Shown here: positions 47,538 to 57,666 of the stretch, piece after piece
How the letters are laid out: the number at the start of each line of letters is the position of its first letter
Numbering within the stretch: the first letter of the stretch is position 1
Assembly (NCBI GenBank): GCA_048884965.1
Contig: JBHLQH010000011.1
Location: 1 to 64,000 of the forward strand
DNA: 64,000 nt
Direction: 5' to 3'
DNA from: Candidatus Thorarchaeota archaeon
GTDB lineage: Archaea; Asgardarchaeota; Thorarchaeia; Thorarchaeales; Thorarchaeaceae
The notes under the pieces: model-generated
Database searches by the model: none
What the model was told of the DNA's origin: nothing
Seen by the model: only the letters and a program-made list of their open reading frames with translations
Position numbers and translations under genes: made by a program

Positions 47538-47927
47538 ATGACCCTATTTTCTGTTGATGAAATTGAAAGAATTCGAGATATAATCACTAAAGCCAAGAAG
47601 AATGTCATAATAACCTTCCGTCAAAGTTTTGGTCCGACAGAACTAAAGGAGAAATGGGACGAGCTCCTTCGGACCCTAGATATTCAGAAGCCTTGTGTGA
47701 GCTGGTGGTCTGGTTCAAGCACAACAGGTCTTCTTGAATGTGAGTCGGCTACTGGCATCAATATCTATGGACAATGGATGCTTCATGATTCCACATCTAT
47801 GATAGGCATCTTTGAGATAGATGATGAGGATTTGGTCAATATCCGCGCCGGATATGATGCACAAAGTGTAACTGATCCCGCAATGCGTGCAATGCGAATA
47901 GGAGAGAGTGGCGGAGAGCTTGAGTAG
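47538..47927 (+). CDS. Hypothetical protein
   Basis: Fills the gap between the RimK-like gene and glmS; start uncertain (47529 or 47538). Confidence 0.6.
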   Translation: MTLFSVDEIERIRDIITKAKKNVIITFRQSFGPTELKEKWDELLRTLDIQKPCVSWWSGSSTTGLLECESATGINIYGQWMLHDSTSMIGIFEIDDEDLVNIRAGYDAQSVTDPAMRAMRIGESGGELE

Positions 47928-47933
47928 ATTCCT

Positions 47934-49766
47934 TCAATCCACTGTCAGTGTCTTGGATAGATTCCGTGGAAGATCGGGATTGATTCCCTTGTCTATTGAA
48001 AGGTAATAACTTAGCAGCTGGAGTGGAATGACATCGATAAGCGGATTCAGTATTGGACTTGTTTCAGGTACTGTAAGGTAGTCAATCTCATTCTGGATAT
48101 AGGGGAGGAGCTTCTCTTCTTTCTCTCCAACTATTATTGTACGACCGCCTCGGCAAGCAACTTCATTTATGTGATTAATGATCATCCATGAATCTTCAGT
48201 AGTTGTCACAAAGATAACAGGGTATCCCTCTGTTACAATGCTTAGTGGACCATGTTTGAACTCAGAGCTGTACATTCCCTCACAGTGATTATAGCAGATC
48301 TCCTTGATTTTCAATGCACCTTCTCTCGCTACTCCATCTGTTAGACCATAACCAAGACAGTAGAGATCTGGTACATCTATCAGCGTTGCAGCAAGATTCT
48401 TGGCAAGGATGCCAGTTTTATCTATGGTTTGTTGTGTTAGTCTTGGCAAATCCTTCTCCAACATTGTAACGAATGATTTTGCTTCCTTCGGATCTAGATT
48501 TCCATTCCGTTCTCCAAGCTTTGCGGCTAAATATGCAAAAATAATTGTTTGGGCATAGTATGTCTTTGTGGCAGGTACACTCACTTCATAGCCACAAGCC
48601 ATAGGTATGTATGAATCTGCATTGAACATGAGAGTACTACCGTTCACATTCAGAACGCCAAGGGTCTTTCCTAAATTGTTCTCGCGAACATGGTTCAGAA
48701 CATTCAGTATATCCTTCGTTTCACCACTTTGTGAAACAAGGATACATAGGCTCTCCTCATTTAGTGTATTTGCATACATCGGTTCGAATTGTCCACCAAT
48801 TGCAGGTAGGATTGGGATTCCAGCCAGCTGGTTGAAGTAATAAGTGCCTACAATACCTGCGTTATGTGAGGAACCACAAGCAACAAGATATCGTGTGTCT
48901 GCTTCCTCAAGCATTTGCAACCAAGTTTCAGATTTAGCATCCCTTAGCACTCCCATTACATCTCTGACAACTTGCGGCTGCTCGCTTATCTCCTTCAGCA
49001 TGAAATGGGGAAATCCGCCCTTCTCTGCTGCGCGAGCATCAACATTCGATATTTCAGGACTCCGATCTAATTGCTTTCCATCTTCAACCCTAAAAACTTT
49101 GATTTCCTCTGGTGTGAGAATCAGCATCTCTCCATCTTGAAGATAGATCACACGATTCGTCAAAGGTAGTATCGAAGGCAAGTCGCTCGATACTATCGTA
49201 TCACCACTACCAATACCTGCAACTAGCGAAGAGCCCATCTTGACTGCATAGATCTCAGGTTCATCTGATCTGCCTACTGCATATGCAAATGCGCCTTTCA
49301 GATCTTGTGTGGACTTCCGGACTGCTTCGAACATATCTCCTGTTTCTTCATAGTACTTGTCCACAGCGTGAACACAGAGCTCTCCATCATTCTCAGATCT
49401 CACGGTATGCCCTATGTCAATTAGATGCTGCCTGTACTCGTAGTAATTGTGAAGATTGCCATTGTGTGCTCCATAGAACACTTCTGTACAACCGAAATGT
49501 GGCTGAGCATTCAGCTTGGTTGGAGCTCCATATGTTGCCCAGCGAAGCTGTGCAATTCCTCTATCTCCTTGCATCTGTGAGAGATTAAGCTCTTTGTCAA
49601 CGATTTCAATTGTACCGACATTTTTCCTGAGATCAACTTTACCGTTGTGAACGGCTGCAACACCGACTGAATCATATCCCCTGTATGTCAGTTTACTACT
49701 GCATGTAACTAGAATCTCACCAATATTAGTTCTAGATTTACTGACAATGCCCGTTATCCCGCACAA
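47934..49766 (-). CDS. glmS: Glutamine--fructose-6-phosphate aminotransferase (TTG start, Cys1)
   Basis: CGITG, YRGYDS.G, RWAT, HNG, HFMLKEI.EQP, SQSGET, EGALKIKE, KHGP, PRNLSK. Confidence 0.93.
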   Translation of the reverse strand: MCGITGIVSKSRTNIGEILVTCSSKLTYRGYDSVGVAAVHNGKVDLRKNVGTIEIVDKELNLSQMQGDRGIAQLRWATYGAPTKLNAQPHFGCTEVFYGAHNGNLHNYYEYRQHLIDIGHTVRSENDGELCVHAVDKYYEETGDMFEAVRKSTQDLKGAFAYAVGRSDEPEIYAVKMGSSLVAGIGSGDTIVSSDLPSILPLTNRVIYLQDGEMLILTPEEIKVFRVEDGKQLDRSPEISNVDARAAEKGGFPHFMLKEISEQPQVVRDVMGVLRDAKSETWLQMLEEADTRYLVACGSSHNAGIVGTYYFNQLAGIPILPAIGGQFEPMYANTLNEESLCILVSQSGETKDILNVLNHVRENNLGKTLGVLNVNGSTLMFNADSYIPMACGYEVSVPATKTYYAQTIIFAYLAAKLGERNGNLDPKEAKSFVTMLEKDLPRLTQQTIDKTGILAKNLAATLIDVPDLYCLGYGLTDGVAREGALKIKEICYNHCEGMYSSEFKHGPLSIVTEGYPVIFVTTTEDSWMIINHINEVACRGGRTIIVGEKEEKLLPYIQNEIDYLTVPETSPILNPLIDVIPLQLLSYYLSIDKGINPDLPRNLSKTLTVD

Positions 49767-49922
49767 GGTTGTTCTCTCAGATAGCTGTTTTACAGCCCAA
49801 TGCTCATTTTGATTCGGTATTAAGGATTCTGTATGAATACTCCTCTCGAAAAATGAAATCTTCTCTTCCAAAGCGCTTTTATCACTGGAATACATTCTGA
49901 ACCAGAAGAAGAGGATTGGATT

Positions 49923-50606
49923 ATGGGTAGGCAGAAAAGACTTACATTGCTGCTTCATCCGTTTAGACGGGAGCTCTATCAGGTCCTATGTGAGAATCCC
50001 GGTACCTACCTTTTGGAACTTGTTGACATTCTTGAAAGTCCTCTTGGAACACTTACTTGGCATCTGAGAATCCTAGAACGTGAAGGACTTGTCAATTCAA
50101 TCAAATTTGCTGGAAAGCGGCTATACTATCCGAAGATGCTTAGATCTCAGGAAGCTGAGATGGCATATCTTACCATGAGAAGTGATACAGCACAGAAGGT
50201 ATTCACTTATGTTGTAAATAACCCTGGGTGCTATCAGGAAGAAATGGCTGAAAGCCTTGGGGTCCACCATGATACTATAAGATGGCACATTTCTAGAATG
50301 GCTGATGTGGGTCTGGTTAGAGTAGAAAGAGTGGGCCGAAAAAAGAAGCATCATTTAGCTGAGCTAGGGGAGCACTTGCTAGAAGGTTCTCTGAACACAA
50401 TCTCGGAAGCTTATATCATGTTCCTCATGGAGAAGCTGGAAGATGGTTGTTTGAATCCAGAGATTCGAGAGTCCTCATCAGATCAGATTCTGATTAGAAT
50501 TGACTGTCCTGACAAGGGTAAGGATTGCTATGTTAGAGTGAATCTGCGAGAGTGGCAATTCGATCTTATTGAAGAAGATTATGAGGAAGATGACGCAGAA
50601 GACTAA
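49923..50606 (+). CDS. Tandem winged-HTH (ArsR/MarR-like) transcriptional regulator
   Basis: NPG....L......GTLTWHLRILEREGLV repeated as NPG.....A......DTIRWHISRM...GLV. Confidence 0.82.
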   Translation: MGRQKRLTLLLHPFRRELYQVLCENPGTYLLELVDILESPLGTLTWHLRILEREGLVNSIKFAGKRLYYPKMLRSQEAEMAYLTMRSDTAQKVFTYVVNNPGCYQEEMAESLGVHHDTIRWHISRMADVGLVRVERVGRKKKHHLAELGEHLLEGSLNTISEAYIMFLMEKLEDGCLNPEIRESSSDQILIRIDCPDKGKDCYVRVNLREWQFDLIEEDYEEDDAED

Positions 50607-51325
50607 ATCCCGGCCTGAATAATCTCTTTGATTCTATCAGCAATCGCCTCAGAATCCTCAACATTAACTACAACAGCTAACAGCCTCTTTTCATCAAGCT
50701 TTTGAATTATCACATTGATATCCTTCGAGCCAATGACGATTGTGTCAGTTGCCTCTGAATAGGTAAGCCCGTTTGCGAAAATTGACCCTGCTAGAGCTGC
50801 AACCTCAATATCATTCGCAAACCCAATCGAACCAATCGGCAGTCCTTCCAGAGTTAGTACCATGCCTCGGCTGACAGAGGGTATTGCCTCAACAATCATC
50901 CCGAGAATCGTTCCAGAGCCAAAGCTCTTTGTTGATCTCATGAGTATCTCAATTCGAGTTCCAATGGATTGAAGTGATTCAATAAGATCTCTCATTTGGA
51001 GACCTGCGTCATCGGCTCTTGAAATCACTGTTACCAGCTGATATTGATGAAGAAGAACGATAAGTACTCTATTTACACCTGCATTATGAATCAAATGTGT
51101 TGGCTTATTACCAGAGATATTATCCAACGTAGTTGTACTTGCCCATACTAATGCGGCAGAAACTGTAGATAGTAGGGTAGGGTTCATTGATTCATCACGA
51201 GAAACTGATGCTACCACCACTCCTTCTCGTGTTGATAATACAACCCCGCGTAGGGATGAATGCAATTGAAGCGCATCCTCTATTAGATTCGCAACCTCTG
51301 CCAATATTTCTCCGGCCATCATCAC
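50603..51325 (-). CDS. Tandem (double) Roadblock/LC7-like domain protein
   Basis: GVVLSTREGVVVAS...LSTVSAAL and GMVLTLEGLPIGS...VAALAGSI. Confidence 0.72.
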   Translation of the reverse strand: MMMAGEILAEVANLIEDALQLHSSLRGVVLSTREGVVVASVSRDESMNPTLLSTVSAALVWASTTTLDNISGNKPTHLIHNAGVNRVLIVLLHQYQLVTVISRADDAGLQMRDLIESLQSIGTRIEILMRSTKSFGSGTILGMIVEAIPSVSRGMVLTLEGLPIGSIGFANDIEVAALAGSIFANGLTYSEATDTIVIGSKDINVIIQKLDEKRLLAVVVNVEDSEAIADRIKEIIQAGI

Positions 51326-51420
51326 AACCTACGTAAATCTATTTTCTACAGTACATCCGTCTTATTTATACGTCACCATGCTGTATTCTTGGGAGCCGAA
51401 TATGATTTCAATCAATTCCA

Positions 51421-52614
51421 TTGGAAAATAATGACAATACCGATGCCAACAAGTTTAAATCAGAGCCGTTGCGAGGTGGGTTCATTGACCCTGGAGGAAG
51501 CAAAGTGAGCTCAAGGTCCAACATGGTAATATCTTTGGTTATTATCGCCATCATTTTTGGTGGAGTCGGTTTTGCAATCTATTTTGCCGCTCCATATGAG
51601 CCCTCCCGTGTTGCTGTTGTAATGATGGCACCCGGATTTGGTGATATGAGCAAAGCAGATAATGTATACGAAGGAATGGATACTCTTGCACATGACGTTT
51701 CTGTACAATATGTATACCCAGATCCCTTGCCAACAACTGTCGCTGAAGCACAAGACGATTTAGAGGAATATGCTTCCAGAGCGAATTTCTATGATTTGAT
51801 TATCGCAATAGGCGAGGACATGATACCTGCTCTGCAATCTGTTGCTACTGATTTCCCCAATCAGAAGTTTGCAATTATTGGTGGCGATGTTAGTTTAGAT
51901 AATGTTGCCTCAGCAACCTTTGAGAGCCAAGAAGCAGCATTTCTAGCTGGTGTCGTTGCAGCTTTTATGGCTGATGAACAGCGCGACTCAATTGATGCAC
52001 CATACAATGCCCAGATAGGTATTCTTGGCGCGGTAGATGATAATGAAATCAACGTTTTGATTAATGGTTTTATCCAAGGTGTGATATCTGCAAACGAAAC
52101 CTATGACCTGAACGTGACTCTCGTGGACACTCAATATGTTGGGTACTGGAATAACTCTGACGTTGCAGAAGGAATGATATACACCATGTTTGTGGTTGAT
52201 GACATCTCAGTAATCTTTGCGCCCGTTCGTGCAAGCTATGAAGGAGTTCGTACTGGAATGTTCCGTGCTGATCAAGCCTTTGGATTCTCATCAAGGCAGC
52301 CTCTTGTAATCGCCGCAGAAGGAAATCTCGATTGGTACGGTGCAGCGAATCCCGAAATTCCGATTGCCCCGAGTTTCATAACTACTAGTGCCTACGATCG
52401 TATGGATTGGGCAATTTATGACATCATCAATCAAACTCTCTGGGACCTGTTCCCTGGTGGTGAATTGCTTGAATATAACTTGGCAAATGGTGGCAGCAAT
52501 ATAACGGACTTCCTGTACAGCTCAACATACATTCCTGAAGAACTCGAGGATGCACTCGATTTGTACAGAGAGCAGATTTCTGACGGTACTATTATTGTGA
52601 CCAGAGATCTGTAA
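51421..52614 (+). CDS. BMP/PnrA-family substrate-binding protein with N-terminal membrane anchor
   Basis: GFGD.S, YDLIIAIG, A.DFPNQKFAII, F...EAAFLAGVVAA, ITTS; start uncertain. Confidence 0.82.
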   Translation: MENNDNTDANKFKSEPLRGGFIDPGGSKVSSRSNMVISLVIIAIIFGGVGFAIYFAAPYEPSRVAVVMMAPGFGDMSKADNVYEGMDTLAHDVSVQYVYPDPLPTTVAEAQDDLEEYASRANFYDLIIAIGEDMIPALQSVATDFPNQKFAIIGGDVSLDNVASATFESQEAAFLAGVVAAFMADEQRDSIDAPYNAQIGILGAVDDNEINVLINGFIQGVISANETYDLNVTLVDTQYVGYWNNSDVAEGMIYTMFVVDDISVIFAPVRASYEGVRTGMFRADQAFGFSSRQPLVIAAEGNLDWYGAANPEIPIAPSFITTSAYDRMDWAIYDIINQTLWDLFPGGELLEYNLANGGSNITDFLYSSTYIPEELEDALDLYREQISDGTIIVTRDL

Positions 52615-52637
52615 CTTTCTCCATGCAACTACAATTA

Positions 52638-52677
52638 GAAGGGGGTTTATTACCCCCTTCCTACGATTTCTCTTTTT
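52638..52677 (+). terminator. Hairpin plus T-rich tail after the BMP gene
   Basis: GAAGGGGGT-TTATT-ACCCCCTTC then TTTCTCTTTTT. Confidence 0.65.
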
Positions 52678-52691
52678 GGATGCGAAATTAA

Positions 52692-53294
52692 ATGAATGCT
52701 GAGAATATTATAGCAACTTTTCTTCAGGCTGCATCACTCAAGCGATTGGGACGAACAGGATGGGACATAGCAGGAATACTCATCGGACGACAAGAATCAG
52801 TTGCAGAACATTCATGGGGTACCACTTTTCTATCTTGGCTCCTCTGCAATCATATTATGCTAGAAGGTGAAAATCTAGATTCATACAAGATTCTCTCCAT
52901 GGCGACTATTCATGATCTGGCTGAGTCCGTTACCTCTGATATCCCACATTCTGCAATCCAACTCGGCGCGACGGCTCTCAAAATGGGAAAAATGAAGGCT
53001 GAGGAGAATGCAGTGACGAAGCTTCTTGGTAATCTAGAGCAAATATTTCCAATTGCAAAAGAATTCCTGAAAGAGCTTGAAGAGGCTAAGACCACAGAAA
53101 GCAGAATTGTATTATCAGCGGATATTCTTGATATGCTTCTACATGCTATTGGATTGGAACGAAATGGAGTTGATTCTCACCTCTTGGATTCATTCTTCGA
53201 TTCGAGTATGCAACGTATCTATCACTACAGAATTCCCATAGCAATCAATATTGCGAATCTCCTCTTGGACGAACATAAAGGAATAGGCAAATGA
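52692..53294 (+). CDS. HD-domain hydrolase (YfbR/HDDC2-like 5'-deoxynucleotidase)
   Basis: LKR..RTGW, ESVAEHS, HDLAES.TSDIP, AD.LDML. Confidence 0.87.
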   Translation: MNAENIIATFLQAASLKRLGRTGWDIAGILIGRQESVAEHSWGTTFLSWLLCNHIMLEGENLDSYKILSMATIHDLAESVTSDIPHSAIQLGATALKMGKMKAEENAVTKLLGNLEQIFPIAKEFLKELEEAKTTESRIVLSADILDMLLHAIGLERNGVDSHLLDSFFDSSMQRIYHYRIPIAINIANLLLDEHKGIGK

Positions 53295-53300
53295 TTGTCT

Positions 53301-53918
53301 TCATTGAGCGAATTGCTTTCGTACTTCTGCTGCGAGTTGTCTTGCTACACGGACTGGTTCAGGGATTCTACCTTCACTTGTGAACTGGTTCACTAGCTTC
53401 TTTGCTGGTCCACTACTGATTCCAGCACAAGCAATGAAAGCCTCTAACCCTGAGTCAAGAGTGAATCTCTCTCTTTGTCCGATTGCATTAATAGCTTCAA
53501 GACGCATTTCCCAGTTGTCGGGGAAGTACTCTTTCACATATCTATCCAAACCTTCTGACGCCTCGTAGGACACACAGATAACAGGAATCCCAGTCTTTGC
53601 AGCTAATTGATGAATGTCAACTGAATTGAACCACGAGATGATACAACCTCCTAGCATCCAGGCATGTATGTCTTTTCGTTCCATCCTCTCATACATCATG
53701 AAGAGATGCTCAGTCGCATCCAATCCACCAACAGTAGGGTTACAGAACCCAAATCCATCTATCCTCAAATCCCCTCTCATAATGATACCCACGACATAGC
53801 TGATATGGTCCTTCTTTTCAAAGCTCTCAGCAACACCTAATACTCTCACACCTCCCTTCCATTGCCTACTGCGTTCCTCGAAATCATCATTGGGAAATGT
53901 AAAGATTGAGTTCATCAT
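53301..53918 (-). CDS. DUF99 family (endonuclease V-like) protein
   Basis: RVLGVAESF, VGGLDAT, SWFN.VD, GRIPEPVRVA. Confidence 0.85.
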   Translation of the reverse strand: MMNSIFTFPNDDFEERSRQWKGGVRVLGVAESFEKKDHISYVVGIIMRGDLRIDGFGFCNPTVGGLDATEHLFMMYERMERKDIHAWMLGGCIISWFNSVDIHQLAAKTGIPVICVSYEASEGLDRYVKEYFPDNWEMRLEAINAIGQRERFTLDSGLEAFIACAGISSGPAKKLVNQFTSEGRIPEPVRVARQLAAEVRKQFAQ

Positions 53919-54083
53919 TTACTAACCTCGAAAATATGAGTGTGCTATGTATCTCAATAATTCTTTTTACTATGATATGCTGATGTTATACAAGCTGTTT
54001 AATGACGAATGTTCAACGTAAGTTTATTAACACGCACTATACCAGACATAGTAACAAGAGTACGAAAAGCGAGAGTATGAATA

Positions 54084-54467
54084 ATGTTTGATCCCGGGTT
54101 CGAAGAGCTGCAGGGGAAATTTAGAGAAATCATGGAAGAGGCTTTAGCGCTCTCCACAGGCGTTCGTGCCTGGCTCTTACTCTCGAAAGAAGGTTTGCCG
54201 ATCTCTTCAGCTGTTCCCCAAGGTCTTGAGGAAGCTGAAATTGCTGCGATGTCAGCTTCAATTCTAGGCGTAGCTGATCTTGCAGCTGAACGCCTAGAAC
54301 AAGGATCACTAGAGGAGATACTGATTACCAATGAGCAAGGGCTCATCATTATGAAAGGTGCTGGAGAAAAAGCAATTCTAGTACTTGCAGCGAGAAAAGA
54401 CATGAAAACGGGTCTTTTAGTTTACGCCGCAAAAACAGCTACCGAGAAAATCGCTCCACTGCTCTAG
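54084..54467 (+). CDS. Roadblock/LC7 domain protein
   Basis: LLSKEGLPISS...IAAMSASIL...LEQGSLEEILI..EQG. Confidence 0.9.
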   Translation: MFDPGFEELQGKFREIMEEALALSTGVRAWLLLSKEGLPISSAVPQGLEEAEIAAMSASILGVADLAAERLEQGSLEEILITNEQGLIIMKGAGEKAILVLAARKDMKTGLLVYAAKTATEKIAPLL

Positions 54468-56482
54468 GTGTCGAAGATACCCATTATCCAATACATACAT
54501 CCTAACAGCAATCGCCAATCATCATCAGCTCCGTATATCTTATTTAGCCCCCAATTGTCAAGAAAGAAATTTGTGCCAGTTATTATGGCTCTCGCTGATA
54601 ATCTGCCTTCTACAGCAACAAGCACTGGTTTCAATGCAGTATGAATAACTCCAAGGTCATCAAACCATTGAAAGATCTCGTACGCCAATATTGTTGAATT
54701 ACCTCCGACAGTTAGAGATGCTCCATGGTAATCAAAGGTAGAAACTCTTTCTGTGACTACATGATTTCTATTGATGTTCTCAACTTGTACTGAATTAGCA
54801 ACACCATTATGTATGATAGTGGCTAGTGGAACTTTATCATTATTTATGCTAATATTGAAGATTGCAAGAAGATTATTCGTATTAGATATATCCAGACTTG
54901 TGTTGTCACCACCTGTGATTAGCAGATGCCCTCCTTTTTCCCAATATGTCCTATAGGCATCCAGCTCAACGCTTGTATATGGGATTGAAGAAGTTTGAAT
55001 TACTGCTACCCCGCGCTCCTCAAACTCCCAAGCTCCTGGATCTAGTATCGCGATTGCATCATACTGACGTAGATACTCATAGGTAATATCTGAAGGGTCT
55101 CTTATTTCTTCCACTGCAATCCCAGCATACGCAAGTTTAGAGTAAAATGTGCGAAACTGACCAAAAATGGAATCCATCCACCATGAGGTATGAGTGAAAT
55201 CAAATGCTATCTTCCGACTATATGGTGTCGCATCAAATCCGACCCGTGTCGATATGACTCTATAGACTTCTGATATCAAGGATATCGTTGCAGAAATATC
55301 TGGCCAATTCAGTCGTGATACTATCTTCACATCCACCAAGAACTCGGCACTCTGGTTCACAAAGATAATATCAGGTGAATTGACCCAGGGGGCAGCGATT
55401 CCAGTCACTCTTATCACAAATGTGGCATTCGTACTCGTAAATACATTTACCCGAATCTGATTGGTTGTATTCAGAAACCACCTCTCAAAACTGAAGATGC
55501 CTTGGTCCGGAGACATCCATGCCATAAGAGGCAATCCATTAAGTTTTTCCGAACTCTCAAGATATTTCTTTGCTAGTTCGACATCGACTTCTCCTGCTCC
55601 AATTTGCCATGGCTCACTACTTAGGTGTCCTGCGCTGGCTAGCAATGTAGCTTTTATCATCCCTGGTGTCCAACTCCAGTCATTCTCTTGACAGAATCGA
55701 ACCAAATTGGCTGCCGCGGCTGTTACAATTGGAGCCGCCGCGCTTGTTCCTAGTAGGGTTACTGTATTGTCATAATAATAACCAGATGCAGAGATATCTG
55801 GTTTCAATCCTCTCCCTATGGTAGGTCCATAACCTGAGAATGAATATGGTTGTCCAAGATCATTGATTGCAGCTACAGCGATCACTTCTGGATAGACTGC
55901 AGGAGATTCTACAGAACTTCCAGTAATCCCATCCTGACCATTATTGCCACTGGCTGATACAATCGTGACTCCCTGATGAAATGCCCACTGAACGATTTCT
56001 TTTATGCCATCGGTATCAGTAGGAGCGGAACCAAGACTCAGGTTAATTATGTCACAATCCTGTTCTTCTATCACCCATCTAAACGCTGCAATGATTGCTT
56101 TTGCCGTGGCGAAATCTCCATGATTGATTACTTTTGCATTAATTATGCCTACATTTGGCGCTTCCTTTACAATTATCTTCGCTACCGACGAACCATGTTG
56201 ATTGCCCCCAGGTTCTGAGTCTATAGTTTCCATATCTGGAGCTGTAAACCCATATGTACTGTTTATGAAACTCATCTCTGCGATGAGATGAACTGACAGC
56301 TGATTGTCGGGAGTCACACCCGAATCGATAACTGCAACCTTCACAGTGATTTCTGGCGGACCAAATGCTCTTGGTAGAATGAGGAACGCAAAGGTGAATG
56401 CAACGACTATCATAGCGATGACTAGAAGTGCTGTACCCCTTTGAGGAGTAAATTCATCCAGTCCATCGTCCATATACCCCAA
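54464..56482 (-). CDS. Membrane-anchored S8 subtilase with Site-1-protease-like C-terminal domains
   Basis: N-terminal TM; triad VAVIDSG / QHGS / GTSAAAP; ASGN; KPDISA; C-terminal IAFDFTH...FRTFYSKL...QYDAIAILDP. Confidence 0.85.
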   Translation of the reverse strand: MGYMDDGLDEFTPQRGTALLVIAMIVVAFTFAFLILPRAFGPPEITVKVAVIDSGVTPDNQLSVHLIAEMSFINSTYGFTAPDMETIDSEPGGNQHGSSVAKIIVKEAPNVGIINAKVINHGDFATAKAIIAAFRWVIEEQDCDIINLSLGSAPTDTDGIKEIVQWAFHQGVTIVSASGNNGQDGITGSSVESPAVYPEVIAVAAINDLGQPYSFSGYGPTIGRGLKPDISASGYYYDNTVTLLGTSAAAPIVTAAAANLVRFCQENDWSWTPGMIKATLLASAGHLSSEPWQIGAGEVDVELAKKYLESSEKLNGLPLMAWMSPDQGIFSFERWFLNTTNQIRVNVFTSTNATFVIRVTGIAAPWVNSPDIIFVNQSAEFLVDVKIVSRLNWPDISATISLISEVYRVISTRVGFDATPYSRKIAFDFTHTSWWMDSIFGQFRTFYSKLAYAGIAVEEIRDPSDITYEYLRQYDAIAILDPGAWEFEERGVAVIQTSSIPYTSVELDAYRTYWEKGGHLLITGGDNTSLDISNTNNLLAIFNISINNDKVPLATIIHNGVANSVQVENINRNHVVTERVSTFDYHGASLTVGGNSTILAYEIFQWFDDLGVIHTALKPVLVAVEGRLSARAIITGTNFFLDNWGLNKIYGADDDWRLLLGCMYWIMGIFDT

Positions 56483-56605
56483 TCCCAGAGAATCTCTACT
56501 AAAATCTTAGCATCAAAGAGATAAATCATCTGTGGAACCAGCAAGTCACCTAAATGTAAATCCTTATCACTTCACTAGATTTGTTCAAAACGAGGTTCCC
56601 CGCCA

Positions 56606-57409
56606 ATGGTGATGGATGATCCAGATATCTATGAACTTGACGAGTATGATGGAATAGATCTCTTCATTCCGGGTGATGACATCGAACGTGAGATTGATGG
56701 TGCTGGAATGTTTAGGGCACTGCTTCTGACTTTAGGTTCATTTGGCCTTACAATAGGAATCACTATTCTTCTCATGCTTCCGTTGTTTCTACTCGGTTTC
56801 ATCTATATGGACTTCTATGGGAATATCTACTATGACCCATGGGTTTTCATTTTTCTCACGATTGCTGAAATTGGCTTTATAATACCTCCAATATGGTATG
56901 TGAAGAACAAAGGTTTCTCCCTGCGTTCTATTGGTATCAAGAAGTATGAACCGGTGAAGGAGATCGTTTTGGGGTTGATTTTTGGAGCTATAATGCTCGC
57001 AGCAAATATAGCCATCACTTGGATCATTGCTGAAGCTGCCAATATCACTTACGACGAATCCGATTCACTGTTGATTGCTGAGAACTGGGGTGAGGTAATT
57101 GCATGGGTCTTAGTGATGTTCGTTATCGTTGGATTCAGCGAGGAGCTAATCTTCCGAGGCTATCTGCAAAGAAGAATGGAGATTTACTTAAGACCAAAGA
57201 CAACAGGCTACAAGCTCCTTGCCCTCATTATCACATCAGCATTGTTCTCCGCATTCCATCTTGATCTTATCGGATTGCCAACTAGATTTGTATTGGGTCT
57301 TTTCTTGGGCTACCTCTGTCAAAGACGGAAGAATTCCATCCTTGGGCCTACCATCGCTCATGGATTCAATAACTCAGCTGTTGTTGTCTTTGCTTTCTTA
57401 GGATTCTAA
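56606..57409 (+). CDS. CPBP/Abi (type II CAAX, Rce1-like) intramembrane protease
   Basis: EELIFRG, FSAFH, HGFNN. Confidence 0.9.
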   Translation: MVMDDPDIYELDEYDGIDLFIPGDDIEREIDGAGMFRALLLTLGSFGLTIGITILLMLPLFLLGFIYMDFYGNIYYDPWVFIFLTIAEIGFIIPPIWYVKNKGFSLRSIGIKKYEPVKEIVLGLIFGAIMLAANIAITWIIAEAANITYDESDSLLIAENWGEVIAWVLVMFVIVGFSEELIFRGYLQRRMEIYLRPKTTGYKLLALIITSALFSAFHLDLIGLPTRFVLGLFLGYLCQRRKNSILGPTIAHGFNNSAVVVFAFLGF

Positions 57410-57445
57410 AAAGAAATGGGGAGCGAGTGAAAACCCGCTCTCATT
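57410..57445. terminator. Hairpin between convergent genes
   Basis: AATGGGGAGCG...CGCTCTCATT with a GAAA loop. Confidence 0.5.
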
Positions 57446-57462
57446 ATCTAGATTGCGTAGAA

Positions 57463-57666
57463 TCACGCTTCATACTTGAATGCGACTCGAATATTTGCGC
57501 GGAATGCCACAACCTTGTTTTCTTTGACCTTTGCTGTGAAATGGTCAACATCGATACCAACAATGCCGCGAACACTCTTTGCAGCAACTTCCAATGCATT
57601 CTTGGTCGCTTCTTCCCAACTGTTAGGGCTTTCACCAATCAATTCTATTACTTTTACAACGCTCAA
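57463..57666 (-). CDS. Dodecin family protein
   Basis: VKVIELIGESPNSWEEA..NA...A.KSVRGI...FRAN..VAF; SD GGAGG, TTG start. Confidence 0.9.
   Translation of the reverse strand: MSVVKVIELIGESPNSWEEATKNALEVAAKSVRGIVGIDVDHFTAKVKENKVVAFRANIRVAFKYEA

Noticed and set aside
47934-49766. GlmS motif deviations (AQLRWATYG, PRNLSKTLTVD)
   Set aside because: Cys1, Arg, HNG, Glu and Lys catalytic positions are retained, which is consistent with ordinary divergence.
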